From an uncultured Gemmatimonadales bacterium (GTDB lineage Bacteria; Gemmatimonadota; Gemmatimonadetes; Longimicrobiales; RSA9), in contig CAWFKH010000001.1 in NCBI GenBank assembly GCA_963816355.1, positions 384,001 to 448,000 of the forward strand: a DNA stretch of 64,000 bases, in the 5' to 3' direction. The notes beneath the pieces are model-generated. The model was not told the DNA's origin and made no database searches. It saw only the letters and a list, made by a program, of their open reading frames with translations. A program made the position numbers and the translations under genes. Position 1 is the first letter of the stretch. Each line of letters begins with the position of its first letter. Shown one piece after another: positions 1-9,354 of this stretch.

Positions 1-126
1 GGCCGCAACGGCAGCGAGGCGGACTTCGAGGACCACTGGCGACGCATGGTCGCATGGTTCGACGTCCACTTCGATCGCGCGGACCACGAAACGACGACGT
101 CGCCGCAGGGCTTCGGCCGCCCCTAG
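1..126 (+). CDS. 3' end of a gene entering the window, possibly an S9/alpha-beta hydrolase family peptidase
   Basis: Frame 1 reads GRNGSEADFEDHWRRMVAWFDVHF...* (TAG 124-126), resembling the terminal helix of S9 peptidases. Confidence 0.4.
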   Translation, partial: GRNGSEADFEDHWRRMVAWFDVHFDRADHETTTSPQGFGRP

Positions 127-866
127 ATCATGAGGTCGCCGCCGTTGATGTCGAGCGCGGCGCCGGTGATGTAGCCGGCCGCCTCGGAGGCGGCGAAGCA
201 GATGAGGTCGGCGACTTCGCGCGCGGTGCCGAGGCGCGGCACGGGGAAGCCGGCGCCCAGCGCATCGAGCTTGCCGGGGGACGCGGACTCGCGGGTGAGC
301 TCGGTGTCGATCATCCCCGGACAGACCGCGTTCACCGTGACGCCGTGGCCGCCCAACTCCTTGGCGGCGGCGCGCGTGAGGCCCAGCAGCGCGGTCTTCG
401 ACGCCGTGTAGTGCGCGCCGCCCAGCGTGCTCACCATGCGGCCCGCGCTCGAGGAGACGTTCACCACGCGGCCGTACCGCTGCGCCTTCATGATCGGAAG
501 CACCGCGCGGATCAGCAGGAAGGGCACGGTCACGTTCACCTCGAACGTGCGGCGCCACTCCTCCGCCGTGATCGCCTCGAAGCGCGTCGTGCGCGAAAGC
601 GCCGCGTTGTTGACGAGGATGTCGACGCGGCCGAAGCGCTCGACGGTGCGCGCCACGATCTCGTCGACGACGCCGGCCGCCTCGAGGTCGCCGGGCAGCG
701 CGAGCCCGCGCTCGCCGAAACGCTCGGCGCCGGCGCGGGCGCGCGCCTCGTCGCGCGCGTTCACGGCGACCGCCGCACCGCGCTCGTGCAGCCGCGTCGC
801 GGTGGCGAGGCCGATGCCGCGGGCCGCGCCCGTCACCACGGCGACCCGCCCGACGAAGTCCTGCAT
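123..866 (-). CDS. SDR family oxidoreductase (FabG-like)
   Basis: MQDFVGRVAVVTGAARGIG, NNAA and YTASK motifs; ATG overlaps the stop of the upstream gene. Confidence 0.9.
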   Translation of the reverse strand: MQDFVGRVAVVTGAARGIGLATATRLHERGAAVAVNARDEARARAGAERFGERGLALPGDLEAAGVVDEIVARTVERFGRVDILVNNAALSRTTRFEAITAEEWRRTFEVNVTVPFLLIRAVLPIMKAQRYGRVVNVSSSAGRMVSTLGGAHYTASKTALLGLTRAAAKELGGHGVTVNAVCPGMIDTELTRESASPGKLDALGAGFPVPRLGTAREVADLICFAASEAAGYITGAALDINGGDLMI

Positions 867-2008
867 CAGTGCGTGATCGCGAACAGCCACGCCGCGACCT
901 GCGGCCCGCGCGGGCGGCGGCCGGGCGGCGCCGGCGAGGGCGCCGGCGGCGCGGCCGCGGGCCCGAACTCCGGCGTGAAGACGTAGGCGGTGTGCGTCTT
1001 CGTGTTCAGGCCGATGGTGCGCGCGCCCGCCATCGTCGCCACCGTGGCGACGACCGTGTAGCGGTCGGGCGCGTCCTGCCGCGCCACGGTGACGTTCCCC
1101 TCGCGGCCAGCGGGGATGTAGATCAGCTTCTGCTCGGGGTCCCAGGCGATGCCGTCCACGCCCTCGCCGTTCGGGATCTTCGCGACGACCTTGCCGCTGC
1201 CCGCGTCGACGACCACCGAGGCACCGCCGCAGCCGACGAACAGGAGGCCGTTGGCGTGGTCCATCGCGATCCCGGTCGGGCCGTCGCACGGCTCGATCGA
1301 CCACGTGTCGACCACCTTCCACGTCTTCGTGTCCACGACGTCGATCGCGTTCCTGTCCTCGACGTTGATGTAGATCCTGCCCTTGCCGTCGCTCACACCG
1401 CCCTCCGGGGCGACGCCGCTCGTCGTGAGGCGCGTCACCACCTCGCCGCTCGCCGCGTCGATCACGACCGCGCTCCCGGCCGGCCGGCTGTGGTCGATCG
1501 TCAGCGCGCGGTTCGTGGCGCCGTCGTACGTGAAGCCGTCCAGGCCCGCGGCACCGGTGTGGATCGTCCGGATCACCGCCAGCGTCTTCAGGTCGAACAT
1601 CGTCGACGTCGAGTCGCCCGCGTTCGTCGTGAAGCCGTGGTTCGTGGCGTTCACGATCAGTGCGCCGTGCGTGCGCGGCGTGTCCGCGATGTCACCGACG
1701 ACGCGGCCCGTGGCGCCGTCCACGACCATGATGTGGCTGCCGCGCGAGACGAAGACGCGGTCCCTCGCCGTGTCCACCGTCACGTAGTCGAAGAACCCCG
1801 CTCCGCCGATGTCGAACTTGCGGACGCTGAAGGTCTGCGCGCTCAGCGGAGGCGCGAGGGCGGCGGCGAACAGGAGGGCGGCGGCGCGGGCGGTCGCGCG
1901 CGCGGCGATGGGGGCGGCTGCGTGCGCGGCGATGCGCGCGCTTGCGTGCGCGGCGATGGGCGCGGCCGCGGCAACGGGTGGCGCGCCCGGGCGGGCGGTC
2001 CGGATCAT
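866..2008 (-). CDS. Secreted YncE/YVTN-like beta-propeller protein
   Basis: Signal peptide ending ALAPPLSA-Q; repeated blades (DYVTVD, PTGIAMD, VDGIAWDP). Confidence 0.75.
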   Translation of the reverse strand: MIRTARPGAPPVAAAAPIAAHASARIAAHAAAPIAARATARAAALLFAAALAPPLSAQTFSVRKFDIGGAGFFDYVTVDTARDRVFVSRGSHIMVVDGATGRVVGDIADTPRTHGALIVNATNHGFTTNAGDSTSTMFDLKTLAVIRTIHTGAAGLDGFTYDGATNRALTIDHSRPAGSAVVIDAASGEVVTRLTTSGVAPEGGVSDGKGRIYINVEDRNAIDVVDTKTWKVVDTWSIEPCDGPTGIAMDHANGLLFVGCGGASVVVDAGSGKVVAKIPNGEGVDGIAWDPEQKLIYIPAGREGNVTVARQDAPDRYTVVATVATMAGARTIGLNTKTHTAYVFTPEFGPAAAPPAPSPAPPGRRPRGPQVAAWLFAITH

Positions 2009-2132
2009 GGCGACCTCGTGGAAGGGAGGGTCTTCGAGGGGACATGATAGGGGCCGCGGAGGCCGCGCGCGAGCGGTTGACGCGGATCCCCAGCCGTTCC
2101 AGCTTTCTACAGTCCTTCTGAAGGAGAGGCGC

Positions 2133-2480
2133 ATGGCGGGCGACGACCGGTCGGACCTGCTGCAGGGAACGCTCGAGTTGCTGGTGCTGAAGACGCTCTC
2201 GCTCGAGCCCATGCACGGGTGGGGGATCAGCCAGCGTCTGCGGACGATGTCGCGGGAGGTGCTGGACGTGCCGCAGGGGTCGCTCTACCCGGCGCTGCAG
2301 CGGATGAAGCGGAAGGGGTGGATCCGGTCGGAGTGGCGGCGGACGGAGAACAACCGGCGGGCGCGCTACTACACGCTGACGGCGGCGGGGTCGCGGCAGC
2401 TCGCGGCGGAGGTGGCGGCGTGGGACCGCTCGACGGCGGCCGTGAACTGGGTGCTGGGCTGGGAGGGGAGCGTGGGATGA
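2133..2480 (+). CDS. PadR family transcriptional regulator
   Basis: DLLQGTLELLVLKTL...MHGWGI...QGSLYPALQR...ENNRRARYY; AGGAGAGG upstream. Confidence 0.92.
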   Translation: MAGDDRSDLLQGTLELLVLKTLSLEPMHGWGISQRLRTMSREVLDVPQGSLYPALQRMKRKGWIRSEWRRTENNRRARYYTLTAAGSRQLAAEVAAWDRSTAAVNWVLGWEGSVG

Positions 2481-2601
2481 GGCACGGCGGTCCGGTGGAC
2501 GCCGGCCAGGGCGCGCGGGGGTTGACCCGGGTCGGGGCCGGCGACGATCTTTAGCGCCCGCGTCGGGTCGGCTCCGCGACAGCCGGCCGAGGGCGCGGCG
2601 A

Positions 2602-2675
<74 letters not shown>

Positions 2676-2864
2676 TACATGTTTTCGGAAGTTGTTGCGC
2701 CCCGGTGGCTTACGCCCCCGGGGCGTATTGCGTCGCCTCTGGATCTCCGGAGAGGGCAGCCCCCCGGCGGGCTGGATGGACCGGTTGCAGTGTATGGATC
2801 GGTCCAAACGTAGCGTAACGGGCGGCCGCCCCTCCCGCGAAATCGTCAGCCGCCGAGCCGGACC

Positions 2865-3524
2865 TCAGGCGGTTTCGTCGACCACGCGGAGCTTCCTGGC
2901 GTGACGGTGGGGCACCTTGAAGCGGGGTCGGTCGGCCTGCGGCTCGGGGCTGGACGCGGCGGCGGTGCGCTCGAGCACCATCCAGCACAGCACCTCGGCG
3001 AGCGCGGGCCGCACCTTCGACTGCCGCACGTAGAGCTCGACGGCGGGGGCCGGGGACATGACTCCGGCCAGCGCGGCCGAGAAGCTGGCGGCGTTCTCCG
3101 CGTGCACCCTCAACAGGCTCATCTGCGTGCGCCCGAGGTGCAGCTCGATCCAGCGTCGCAGCTCGAGGTTGACGCGGCCCCGGATGCGGCGACGCAGCCT
3201 GGCGAGCAGCTGGCGCGGTGTCTCGAGGAAGGCGTCGCCCTCGGACCCGTGGGAGCGGGCGAAGTCGTCCCGGAGCTCGGCGCTGCGTCCCAGGAGCACC
3301 AGCACCCGGTGATGAACCGCCGCGGCGTCCGCGGCGTCCAGGCCATTCAGGCGTACGTAGATCTGGAGCAGCCGAGGAACCGGCACCTGTTCGCGCGCCT
3401 CCTCCAGCAGCTCCAGCACGCAGTGCTCGTGCTGTTCGAGAATCCGCTCGCGTGCCACGGCGAGCATGATTCTGAGCTCGTGGCGGATGGTGCGGGGGAT
3501 GTTCGAGGGGAGGCCTTCTGCCAT
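2865..3524 (-). CDS. Hypothetical helical protein
   Basis: ORF MAEGLPSNIPRTIRHELRIMLAVARERIL... with protein-like composition; start uncertain. Confidence 0.6.
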   Translation of the reverse strand: MAEGLPSNIPRTIRHELRIMLAVARERILEQHEHCVLELLEEAREQVPVPRLLQIYVRLNGLDAADAAAVHHRVLVLLGRSAELRDDFARSHGSEGDAFLETPRQLLARLRRRIRGRVNLELRRWIELHLGRTQMSLLRVHAENAASFSAALAGVMSPAPAVELYVRQSKVRPALAEVLCWMVLERTAAASSPEPQADRPRFKVPHRHARKLRVVDETA

Positions 3525-3833
3525 GGTCCAGTACTCCACGTTGCGAGTAAGGGACAAATGGCAACCGTCGTTCCGGTCCCGCCGCCGGAGGCCGCCCGCT
3601 CCGCCGACATCGATCCAACTCGTTACGCCGAAAGGAGAAAGCGGCGCACGGCGGCAATGTCTTTCGCCAGCGAGCCGGTGTCCCGGCGTGGGCGGCACCG
3701 AAAAGAGTACCAGGTAGCGGCAAAACATTTTCGGAGGACGGCGTGGGCGAGGAGCCCGGGACGGGAGACGGACAACTGGGAGCGCAAGGCGGCGGTGAGG
3801 GCCGCGGCGGGGTCCCGGCGGGCGTGTAGCCGC

Positions 3834-4610
3834 TCAGCCCTCGAACGCCCGCTTCTCGTACACCTCGGAGATGCGGCCCCCATCCCAGCGGTAGCACAGC
3901 GTGCGCACCTCGCGGCAGCCCGTTACCAGCCGCGGCCGATAGGCGACGGCGCACCGCCCGCCCGTCTCGCGCACGCTGTCCCAGACGACGCCGTCGCCGC
4001 CCGCGCCCCGGACCCCCGCGCCGAACCGTTGCGAGGCCGAGTAGTCTTCCGGCGCGTAGAGCGCGGAGAATCGCGCGCCCAGCCCGCGCAGATCCGCGAG
4101 CCGGCCCGCCAGCCGCGCCTCCAGCAGCCGCATGTCCAGCTCCAGCGGCGCCTCCGCCGTGGCCGCCAGAAACCGCTCCCGGTGCCAGCCCGTCTCCGCC
4201 ACCGCCGTCCCGATCGCACGCGCCGCGTAGTAGCCGCCGAACGCCGGCGTGGTGAAGCGGCCGCCCTCCGGCGCCAGGTGCGTGAACGGCGCCATCACGA
4301 AGCTCGCGCCCGCCCCGCTCACCCGGTCCGCCGCCGGCACGAGCGAGATCTCCCCCGCTTCGTCTCGCAGCCGGTCGTTCGTCATGGACTCCAGCTCGAT
4401 CAGCGCCTCCCAGTCCTCCGGCGGCGCCACCCGCTCGAACAGGTCCACCGCCGGATAGCGCGTCGGCACCAGGCGGTAGCTGCGCGACCAGCGCACCGGC
4501 TTGCGCGGCACGTCGGCAGGCGAGGGCACCCCATCGGGCGACGAGGCCTCGCCCGCCGCCGGCGCCGCCGCCGGCCGCGCGGCCTCCGCCGGCGGCGTCG
4601 CCTCCGTCAC
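3834..4610 (-). CDS. RES domain toxin (NAD+ phosphorylase family)
   Basis: YRLVPTRYP...GGRFT...YYAA...AVAET...YSASQ...DSVR; GTG start overlaps the antitoxin stop (GTGA). Confidence 0.88.
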   Translation of the reverse strand: MTEATPPAEAARPAAAPAAGEASSPDGVPSPADVPRKPVRWSRSYRLVPTRYPAVDLFERVAPPEDWEALIELESMTNDRLRDEAGEISLVPAADRVSGAGASFVMAPFTHLAPEGGRFTTPAFGGYYAARAIGTAVAETGWHRERFLAATAEAPLELDMRLLEARLAGRLADLRGLGARFSALYAPEDYSASQRFGAGVRGAGGDGVVWDSVRETGGRCAVAYRPRLVTGCREVRTLCYRWDGGRISEVYEKRAFEG

Positions 4611-5014
4611 CCCCAGCCGCCCCGCGCCGAGTCCAGATACTGACGCACCAGGTACAGGTCCGCCACGTTCCCCGACAGCATCCGCTCCAGCGCCGAGCGC
4701 CCGCCAAACGGCGCCGCCGCGTTCGGCCGCCGGATCCACCCGTCCGCCGACTCCGGCCGCGGCAGCAGGATCTCCAGCGCCTTGAAGATCCCCAGCACAT
4801 AGGAGATCCGCTCCAGCACGTCCCGCGGCAGCGACACCGCCCCCTGCTTCTTCCATTTGAAGAACGTGGATCGTCCCGGCGACCCGAGCAGCGTCCGCTG
4901 CTCCTCCGCCGAGAGCTGCCACAGCCCGGCAATGCGGAAGAACGCGCGCAGTCCCGCCGCCGCCGCGCCGCCCGGCGTCGGCCGTCCGTGCTCGCGCTTG
5001 CGTGGCAATCCCAT
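4607..5014 (-). CDS. Xre/MbcA/ParS antitoxin
   Basis: AFFRIAGLWQL...RSTFFKWK...LERISYVLGIFKALEILLP...WIRRPN...FGGRSALERML. Confidence 0.9.
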   Translation of the reverse strand: MGLPRKREHGRPTPGGAAAAGLRAFFRIAGLWQLSAEEQRTLLGSPGRSTFFKWKKQGAVSLPRDVLERISYVLGIFKALEILLPRPESADGWIRRPNAAAPFGGRSALERMLSGNVADLYLVRQYLDSARGGWG

Positions 5015-5051
5015 CGGCCGCTCCTTGAGTCCATATTTGAATCTAGTGACA

Positions 5052-5081
5052 AATATAGTCCAGAAATGGACTACGCGTCAA
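5052..5081 (-). promoter_or_regulatory. Sigma70-type promoter of the TA operon with a palindromic operator in the spacer
   Basis: Minus strand TTGACG-N18-TATATT; inverted repeat TAGTCCA-GAAA-TGGACTA at 5056-5073. Confidence 0.7.
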
Positions 5082-5190
5082 GGCGCGGGCGTTCCGGCTA
5101 CGGCCAGCACCGGAGCGGCGCAGCACGGGGCCGATGCGAATGCCGCCGCCACACATCCCGCCGCCGGACCGCCGGCCTTCAGCCGGTCGC

Positions 5191-5478
5191 TCACCGGGAC
5201 AGCGCCTCGCGAATCACCGCGGCGCTGGGTGCTCCGTCCGCCCGGCACGCCATGGCCGCGTTCCCGCCGTCCGACCCCGTGACATCTTCGCCGTCCACCA
5301 GCACGGTGGGCGATCCGAAGCGCCGGAACCGCTCCGGCGTGGCCTCGTCCGAGAGATTCCACTCGCTCCAGGCGCCAGCCCCTCGCTCAACACCAACGGC
5401 CGCCTGGAGGCTCGCCCGCGCCTTATCCACGTTGGGACAGCCGTCGAAGTAGATCAGCTCGATCGTGGGATTCCTCAC
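5191..5478 (-). CDS. Small thioredoxin-fold protein of the type found near mer genes
   Basis: IELIYFDGCPN...FGSPTVLVDGEDV...ACR; GGAGGAG RBS before GTG. Confidence 0.7.
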   Translation of the reverse strand: MRNPTIELIYFDGCPNVDKARASLQAAVGVERGAGAWSEWNLSDEATPERFRRFGSPTVLVDGEDVTGSDGGNAAMACRADGAPSAAVIREALSR

Positions 5479-5615
5479 GATGCTCCTCCGTTTCGTTCCG
5501 TTTCGTCGGTCAGGCTGTCGAAGCGTCCGCCAGCTCGCCGATGAACAACCATACTACGGAGTCGAGAACATGGACCACTCGCTCGGCCGGCGAGCCTGAC
5601 GCCGGCTCCAGGGGG

Positions 5616-5645
5616 TTGACTCGCGGCGGCTGATGCCGTTAGCGT
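5616..5645 (+). promoter_or_regulatory. Putative sigma70 promoter of the his leader and operon
   Basis: TTGACT-N18-TAGCGT ending 8 nt before the leader ATG. Confidence 0.55.
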
Positions 5646-5653
5646 CCTAGACC

Positions 5654-5740
5654 ATGACGAGCGCGACGCGGACGCAGCGGCACCACCACCACCATCACGG
5701 CCCCGGACGGGTCGCGGTGGCGGGTGCGCTCGTGATGTAG
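5654..5740 (+). CDS. hisL: his operon leader peptide MTSATRTQRHHHHHHGPGRVAVAGALVM
   Basis: Six consecutive His codons (5681-5698) upstream of hisG, followed by a terminator; absent from the ORF track. Confidence 0.9.
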   Translation: MTSATRTQRHHHHHHGPGRVAVAGALVM

Positions 5741-5770
5741 GAAACCACAGAGAAGCGCGCAGGCCACGCG

Positions 5771-5800
5771 GCCCGTCCCGTTCCGGGGACGGGCTTTTTT
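5771..5800 (+). terminator. his attenuator terminator
   Basis: GCCCGTCCC-loop-GGGACGGGC followed by TTTTTT; the 5' arm can alternatively pair with 5705-5720. Confidence 0.88.
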
Positions 5801-5920
5801 GCGTTCAGCACCCGCCCCGCCACGGTCGACGACCGAGTCGCCACCCGCGCCGCCCCCCTGACCCCTCCGCGTCCGGAGCGGGCCGGGCGCGGGGGCGCAA
5901 ACGGAGGGAGCCGGAGGAGC

Positions 5921-6859
5921 ATGGTGGGTACGGGAGCGGAACAGGAGGGAGCGGCGGCCCGGGGGGCGCCGCGGGCCACGTCGCCGGGGCGGGTGCGGAT
6001 CGCGCTGCCGAACAAGGGCCGGCTGGCGAGGGAGGCGCTGGAGCTGTTGGAGCGGGCGGGGCTTGAGCCGGCCATGACGTCGGAGCGGGCGCTCCGGGCG
6101 GAGCTGGGCGACGACTTCACCGCGCTCTTCGTCCGCGCCCGCGACATCCCCGAGTTCGTGGCGGACGGCGCGGCGGATGTGGGCATCACCGGGAGCGACC
6201 TCGTGACGGAGTCGGGGCGCGAGCTGTGCACGCTGCTGCGTCTGGGCTTCGGCCGCTGCCGCCTGGCGCTGGCCGGCCGGGACGGCGAGTGGGAGGCCGT
6301 CGACGCCATCCCCGACGGCGCGCGCGTGGCCACGTCCTTCCCGCGCAGCACCCGGCGCTGGTTCGCCGCCCGGGGGCAGCGCGTGGAGATCGTGCCCGTG
6401 AGCGGCGCGGCCGAGGTGGCGCCCCACGTGGGCGTGGCAGACGTCATCGCCGACCTCGTGAGCACGGGTTCCACGCTCCGCGTGAACGGCCTCACGGAGC
6501 TGGCCACGCTGGCTGAAGTGGAGGCGGTTCTCGTCGCGCCGCCCGGGACCGGGGACGATGCCACCGCCGGCGTCCGGAGCGCGCGGCTCCGCGAGCTGGT
6601 GGCGGCGCTGGAGTCGGTGATCCGGGCGGACGGCAAGCGCTACCTCATGGCCAACGTCCCCCGCGCCGCGCTGGCCGAGCTGAAGCGCGTGCTGCCGGGC
6701 CTGAACGGCCCCACCGTCCTGGAGATCCTGAACGGCGGCGAGCACGTGGCGGCCCACGCCGTGGTGGAGCAGGCCGACGTCTACCGCACCATCGCCGCGC
6801 TGAAGACGCTGGGTGCCGAGGGGATCCTGGTCACGCGCATCGAGAGGCTGATGCCATGA
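5921..6859 (+). CDS. hisG: ATP phosphoribosyltransferase, long form
   Basis: RIALPNKGRL, RARDIP, DVGITGSDL, DLVSTGSTL and a C-terminal regulatory domain ending IERLMP. Confidence 0.95.
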   Translation: MVGTGAEQEGAAARGAPRATSPGRVRIALPNKGRLAREALELLERAGLEPAMTSERALRAELGDDFTALFVRARDIPEFVADGAADVGITGSDLVTESGRELCTLLRLGFGRCRLALAGRDGEWEAVDAIPDGARVATSFPRSTRRWFAARGQRVEIVPVSGAAEVAPHVGVADVIADLVSTGSTLRVNGLTELATLAEVEAVLVAPPGTGDDATAGVRSARLRELVAALESVIRADGKRYLMANVPRAALAELKRVLPGLNGPTVLEILNGGEHVAAHAVVEQADVYRTIAALKTLGAEGILVTRIERLMP

Positions 6860-9354
6860 GCCCCGTGCGACGACTGGCCGACCTCGACCCCGCCACACTC
6901 GACCGCCTCCTGGTCCGCGGCCGCGCCGGCGACGCCGCCGTGGCGCGCTCCGTCGCCGCCGACATCGCCGACGTCCGGGCCCGCGGCGACGACGCCCTCC
7001 GCGACCTCGCCCGCCGCTACGACGGCGTGGCGCTGGACGCCCTGGACGTGCCTCGCTCTGCGTGCGACGAGGCGCTCCGCGCCCTCGACCCGGCCCTCCG
7101 CGACGCGCTGCAGCGCGCCGCCGACGCCATCCGCCGCTTCCACGCCGCGCAGCGCCCGACGGCGCTGGTGTTCGACGCGGCGCCGGGCCTCACCCTCGGG
7201 CGCCGCCCCGATCCGCTCCGGCGCGTCGGCGTCTACGCCCCGGGCGGCCGCGCCGCGTATCCGAGCAGCGTCCTCATGGGCGTCGTTCCCGCCCGTGTCG
7301 CGGGTGTCGAGGAGGTGGTGGTCTGCTCGCCCCCGGCGTGCGACGGGCGGCCGTCGCCGCTGGTCATGGCGGCGTGCGCGGTGGCGGGCGCCGACCGGCT
7401 CTTCGCGCTGGGCGGCGCGGGGGCCGTGGCCGCGCTGGCGTTGGGCACGCCCTCCGTGCGGCGCGTGGACCGCGTGGTCGGGCCGGGGAACGCGTACGTC
7501 GCGGAAGCGAAGCGTCAGCTTTCGGGCGAGGTGGGCACGGACGCGCCGGCGGGGCCGTCGGAGCTGCTGGTCGTGGCCGACGCGGAGGCCGATCCCGCCG
7601 TCGTCGCCCTGGAGCTGCTGGCCCAGGCCGAGCACGACCCGGACGCCGCCGCCGTGCTCGTGAGCACCGACGGCGCGGTGGCGGCCGCGGTCGCCGTCGA
7701 GCTGGACCGCCGGGCGCGCGACGAGCCCCGGGCGGAGATCGTCCGCGCGTCGCTCGCCGCGGGCGGCGCCCTGTTGCTGGCCGACGACCTGGACGCCGCG
7801 CTGGCCTTCGCCGAGCGCTACGCGCCCGAGCACCTCCTGCTGCTGGTGGACTCGCCGCGCGCAGCGCTTCCCCGCGTGCGGGCCGCCGGCACCGTCTTCC
7901 TCGGCCCGTCCACGTCCGTCACCTTCGGCGACTACGCCACCGGTGCCAACCACGTCCTGCCCACCGGCGGCCTCGCCCGGGCGTGGTCCGGCCTCGCCCT
8001 GGACGACTTCTTCCGCTGGACCACGTGGCAGGAGGCCACGCCCGCCGCCGCCGCCGACCTGGCCCGCACGGTGGCGCCGCTGGCCGAGGCCGAGGGGCTC
8101 CCCGCCCACGCCGCCGCCGCCCGCCGGGCCGCGGCCGGCGGCGCCGGCGCGCGGCGGCCCGCCACGGGCGCGGTGCGCCCGGCACCGGCACCGCGCGCCG
8201 CGTACGGGGAGATGGCGCCACGCGCCGCGTACCCGGCACCGGCACCGCGCGCCGCGTACCGGGAGCTGGCGCCGTACGATCCCGCGCGCCCGCCACTCCC
8301 GCTGGACCTCAGCGCCAACACGAACCTGTGGGGCCCGTGCCCCGCGGCGCTGGACGCGCTGCGCTCGGCAAAGGTGGACGCCTATCCCACGCCCTACGCG
8401 GACGCGCTGAAGCGAGCGCTCGCGGAGCGCTGGGGCCTGGCGCCGGAGCAGGTGACCACCGGCTGCGGATCGGACGACGTGCTGGACTCCACCATTCGGG
8501 CGTTCTGCGACCCCAGCGCCACGGTCGCCTACGTGTGGCCGACGTTCGGCATGGCCGCGGAGTTCGCCCGCCTGAACGGGGCACGTCCGGTGCCGGTGGA
8601 GGCGCGGCCCGGCGGCGGCGGTGACGGCGGTGACGGCGACGACGCGCTCGCGGAGCTGGCGGCGGCCGACGTCGCCTACCTCTGCCGCCCCGAGAATCCG
8701 ACCGGTGAGATGATGCCGCGGGAGCGTGTCCTGGCGCTGCTGGAGCGTGCGCGGGGGCTGGTGCTCATCGACGAGGCGTACGGCGAGTTCGCCGGCGAGT
8801 CGCTCCTCGACGCGGCGCTGGCGTCGGGCAGGGCCGTGGTGGTGCGGACTCTGTCGAAGGCGTACGGCCTGGCGGGACTGCGCGTAGGCTATGCCCTCGG
8901 ACCCGCGCCCCTGGTCCGCGCCATCGAGCTGTCCCGCGGGCCGTACAAGGTGGGCGCCGCCGCGGAGGCCGCCGCGGTGGCGGCCGTGCGCGAGGGCGGC
9001 CGTTGGGTGGCCGACGTCGTCCGCCGGACCGCCGCGAACCGTGCCCGCCTCGCCGCCGAGCTTCGGGGTCGCGGCCTCCGCGTCCTGGACGGCAGCGGCA
9101 ACTTCCTGTTGGTGCGCCCCGGCGCCGCGCCCGCCCCGGCGGGCGCCGGCTGGGCGGCCGCCGTGAAGGCGGGCCTCGCCGCGCGGGGGATCGGCGTCCG
9201 CGCCTTCCCCGCCCTCCCCGGCCACGGCGACGCGCTGCGCGTCACCGTGGGTCCCTGGGCCGCGATGGAGCGGTTCCTGGAAGCGCTGGACGCCCTGGAA
9301 GCGGTGCCCGGCCGGGACGTATCGCCCGCCGCGGGCCGGGAGGTGGCGCGATGA
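6856..9354 (+). CDS. hisD/hisC: Fused histidinol dehydrogenase / histidinol-phosphate aminotransferase
   Basis: HisD motifs (GVYAPGG, GPGNAYV, PAGPSE, QAEHD, APEHL, GANHVLPT, AEGLPAH), then in-frame HisC motifs (LDLSANTN, PENPTG, DEAYGEF, RTLSKAYGLAGLRVGY). Confidence 0.92.
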   Translation: MSPVRRLADLDPATLDRLLVRGRAGDAAVARSVAADIADVRARGDDALRDLARRYDGVALDALDVPRSACDEALRALDPALRDALQRAADAIRRFHAAQRPTALVFDAAPGLTLGRRPDPLRRVGVYAPGGRAAYPSSVLMGVVPARVAGVEEVVVCSPPACDGRPSPLVMAACAVAGADRLFALGGAGAVAALALGTPSVRRVDRVVGPGNAYVAEAKRQLSGEVGTDAPAGPSELLVVADAEADPAVVALELLAQAEHDPDAAAVLVSTDGAVAAAVAVELDRRARDEPRAEIVRASLAAGGALLLADDLDAALAFAERYAPEHLLLLVDSPRAALPRVRAAGTVFLGPSTSVTFGDYATGANHVLPTGGLARAWSGLALDDFFRWTTWQEATPAAAADLARTVAPLAEAEGLPAHAAAARRAAAGGAGARRPATGAVRPAPAPRAAYGEMAPRAAYPAPAPRAAYRELAPYDPARPPLPLDLSANTNLWGPCPAALDALRSAKVDAYPTPYADALKRALAERWGLAPEQVTTGCGSDDVLDSTIRAFCDPSATVAYVWPTFGMAAEFARLNGARPVPVEARPGGGGDGGDGDDALAELAAADVAYLCRPENPTGEMMPRERVLALLERARGLVLIDEAYGEFAGESLLDAALASGRAVVVRTLSKAYGLAGLRVGYALGPAPLVRAIELSRGPYKVGAAAEAAAVAAVREGGRWVADVVRRTAANRARLAAELRGRGLRVLDGSGNFLLVRPGAAPAPAGAGWAAAVKAGLAARGIGVRAFPALPGHGDALRVTVGPWAAMERFLEALDALEAVPGRDVSPAAGREVAR

